A stretch of DNA of 64,000 nucleotides from Botryllus schlosseri (lineage: Eukaryota), in assembly GCA_051294905.1 (NCBI GenBank), contig CM119373.1, positions 4,404,001-4,468,000 of the forward strand. The letters are read 5' to 3'. Below the pieces are notes generated by a model. That model ran no database searches. It was not told the origin of the DNA and saw only the letters and a program-made list of their open reading frames with translations. Both the position numbers and the translations under genes were made by a program. Numbering within the stretch: position 1 is the stretch's first letter; the number at the start of each line of letters is the position of its first letter. Shown piece after piece: positions 62,949 through 64,000 of the stretch.

Positions 62949-63826
62949 GTGTAGCACTACCATACTTCAAGCTTCAAAACTCACCCATGCAGGAAGATAA
63001 TGATCTTCATCTGCCAAGCTTGATCTCAGAACTGTATATTCTTGCACTAGAGCTGTACATACCAGTGTTCTTGTATACGGTGGCACGCCAAGTCTGAATG
63101 AAAAGTGGACGAAAGTTACATAGTCAAGAAGCTGAATGCACCAAAATTGGTATCGGGTCATCTCCAGTATTTTCATTCAGTATATCCTGAGTACAGAGGA
63201 CTATGGTTGTCACAAAGCGTTAGTCTGTGAATAAGGACGTAATAGAACCGACCTGATGCTGTGCATGGCCCAAAATTATACCCTTTGTGACCCATCCCAC
63301 ACGTTGAAAAACGCTGCACTAGAATATAGATCACTTCAACAGCCAATACATACCCAAAGTGTTTCGTTAGATCTTGGAACAGATGGTCCACAATTGCTTT
63401 TCTTAATCTTGGCCTCAAGTCGCTTTTTGACTCCAGGTTTTCCACCTCGTTGTGCAGATAAGCAGGAAGGCACACCTTATACTTGCCGTCAGACCATCTT
63501 TGAGGAATTTTAGTACATTCTTCAGCATCCATCAATGGCGTATCAGTTATAGGTGTAGAGGGCTCCAGATCATTCATGAATGATGAAGCATCAACGCCTT
63601 GTTCTGAATTTCGCAGACCACTGCACATATCTCCTGCAATCAAAATATCACTTATGAGACAAAATTCTGGTTCCCAAAGGAAGCGCTAGCTACAAACAAG
63701 GCGACTGGGTGGGGGGTGGGGGATAAATGTTAAAATAATTGCTATTAATAAATTCAAATGAAAAATCTAAATATTGATTGACTTCTCCATTCTCAAAGTA
63801 TTCGGCTGTAAGATAACGTTGCGCAA

Positions 63827-63937
63827 CACGACTACATTTAAACGCCGGAACTAGAAAGCTATACTTAGCTGTCAGTGTTTATATTCTTGATTATACTAAG
63901 TATAGCTTTCTAGTTCCGGCGTTAAAATGTAGTCGTG
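63827..63937. repeat. Near-perfect inverted repeat (42-bp arms, 27-nt loop)
   Basis: CACGACTACATTTAAACGCCGGAACTAGAAAGCTATACTTAG and its reverse complement with one mismatch. Confidence 0.85.
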
Positions 63938-64000
63938 ACGGTGTATATCAGTGTTCCCAAATACATTCTTACACAATGTGTAAGTGACATTCACAATTAC

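Larger units (their letters stand above)
59200..63633 (-). pseudogene. Spliced SAMD3-like transposon accessory gene, at least 7 exons, inactivated
   Basis: Exons 63633-63354, 63093-62985, 62481-62283, 62212-62006, 61948-60620 (split by MITE), 60551-60481, 59460-59200 with GT-AG sites. Motifs WKKKL..K..NERR, MKATFKRRR..I...EYP, WMVHFDG...HWVFNIQF. Disrupted by a +1 frameshift in an A run, an in-frame TGA and an exonic MITE. Confidence 0.75.
58639..64000 (-). mobile_element. EnSpm/CACTA-like DNA transposon (CACTGTAAAAA terminus), other end not seen in window
   Basis: CACTGTAAAAA at 58639 followed by TGTAA/TTACA subterminal repeats; carries a spliced SAMD3-like gene. Same terminus and gene arrangement as 13475-14021. 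Confidence 0.6.

Overview
Eukaryotic, AT-rich, intron-containing and transposon-dense DNA from an animal, probably a marine invertebrate (organism not determinable from sequence alone). The host content is a + strand cluster of three divergent pentraxin-domain genes. Two reconstruct by hand as intact 5-exon genes (30255-41262, 318 aa; 47875-54429, 307 aa) with a signal-peptide-like exon, a short exon, a shared 10-nt micro-exon, a Thr-rich stalk exon and a single-exon pentraxin domain carrying extra cysteines and a lengthened Ca2+/ligand loop. The third (14080-14738) is visible only as its pentraxin exon. The rest is mobile DNA: a very young 2.2-kb Gag-only Ty3/Gypsy-type LTR element whose start codon overlaps the primer-binding site; an internally deleted BEL/Pao element; a decayed Academ transposon; EnSpm/CACTA-like relics carrying a spliced SAMD3-like gene; Penelope-like and Gypsy pol fragments; a perfect 156-bp-arm hairpin element with a hammerhead-like motif; tRNA-derived SINEs; a tandem triplication; and many nested hAT/pogo MITEs with 8-bp or TA target duplications. 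No prokaryotic system or CRISPR array is present. All calls are by eye with no database searches.
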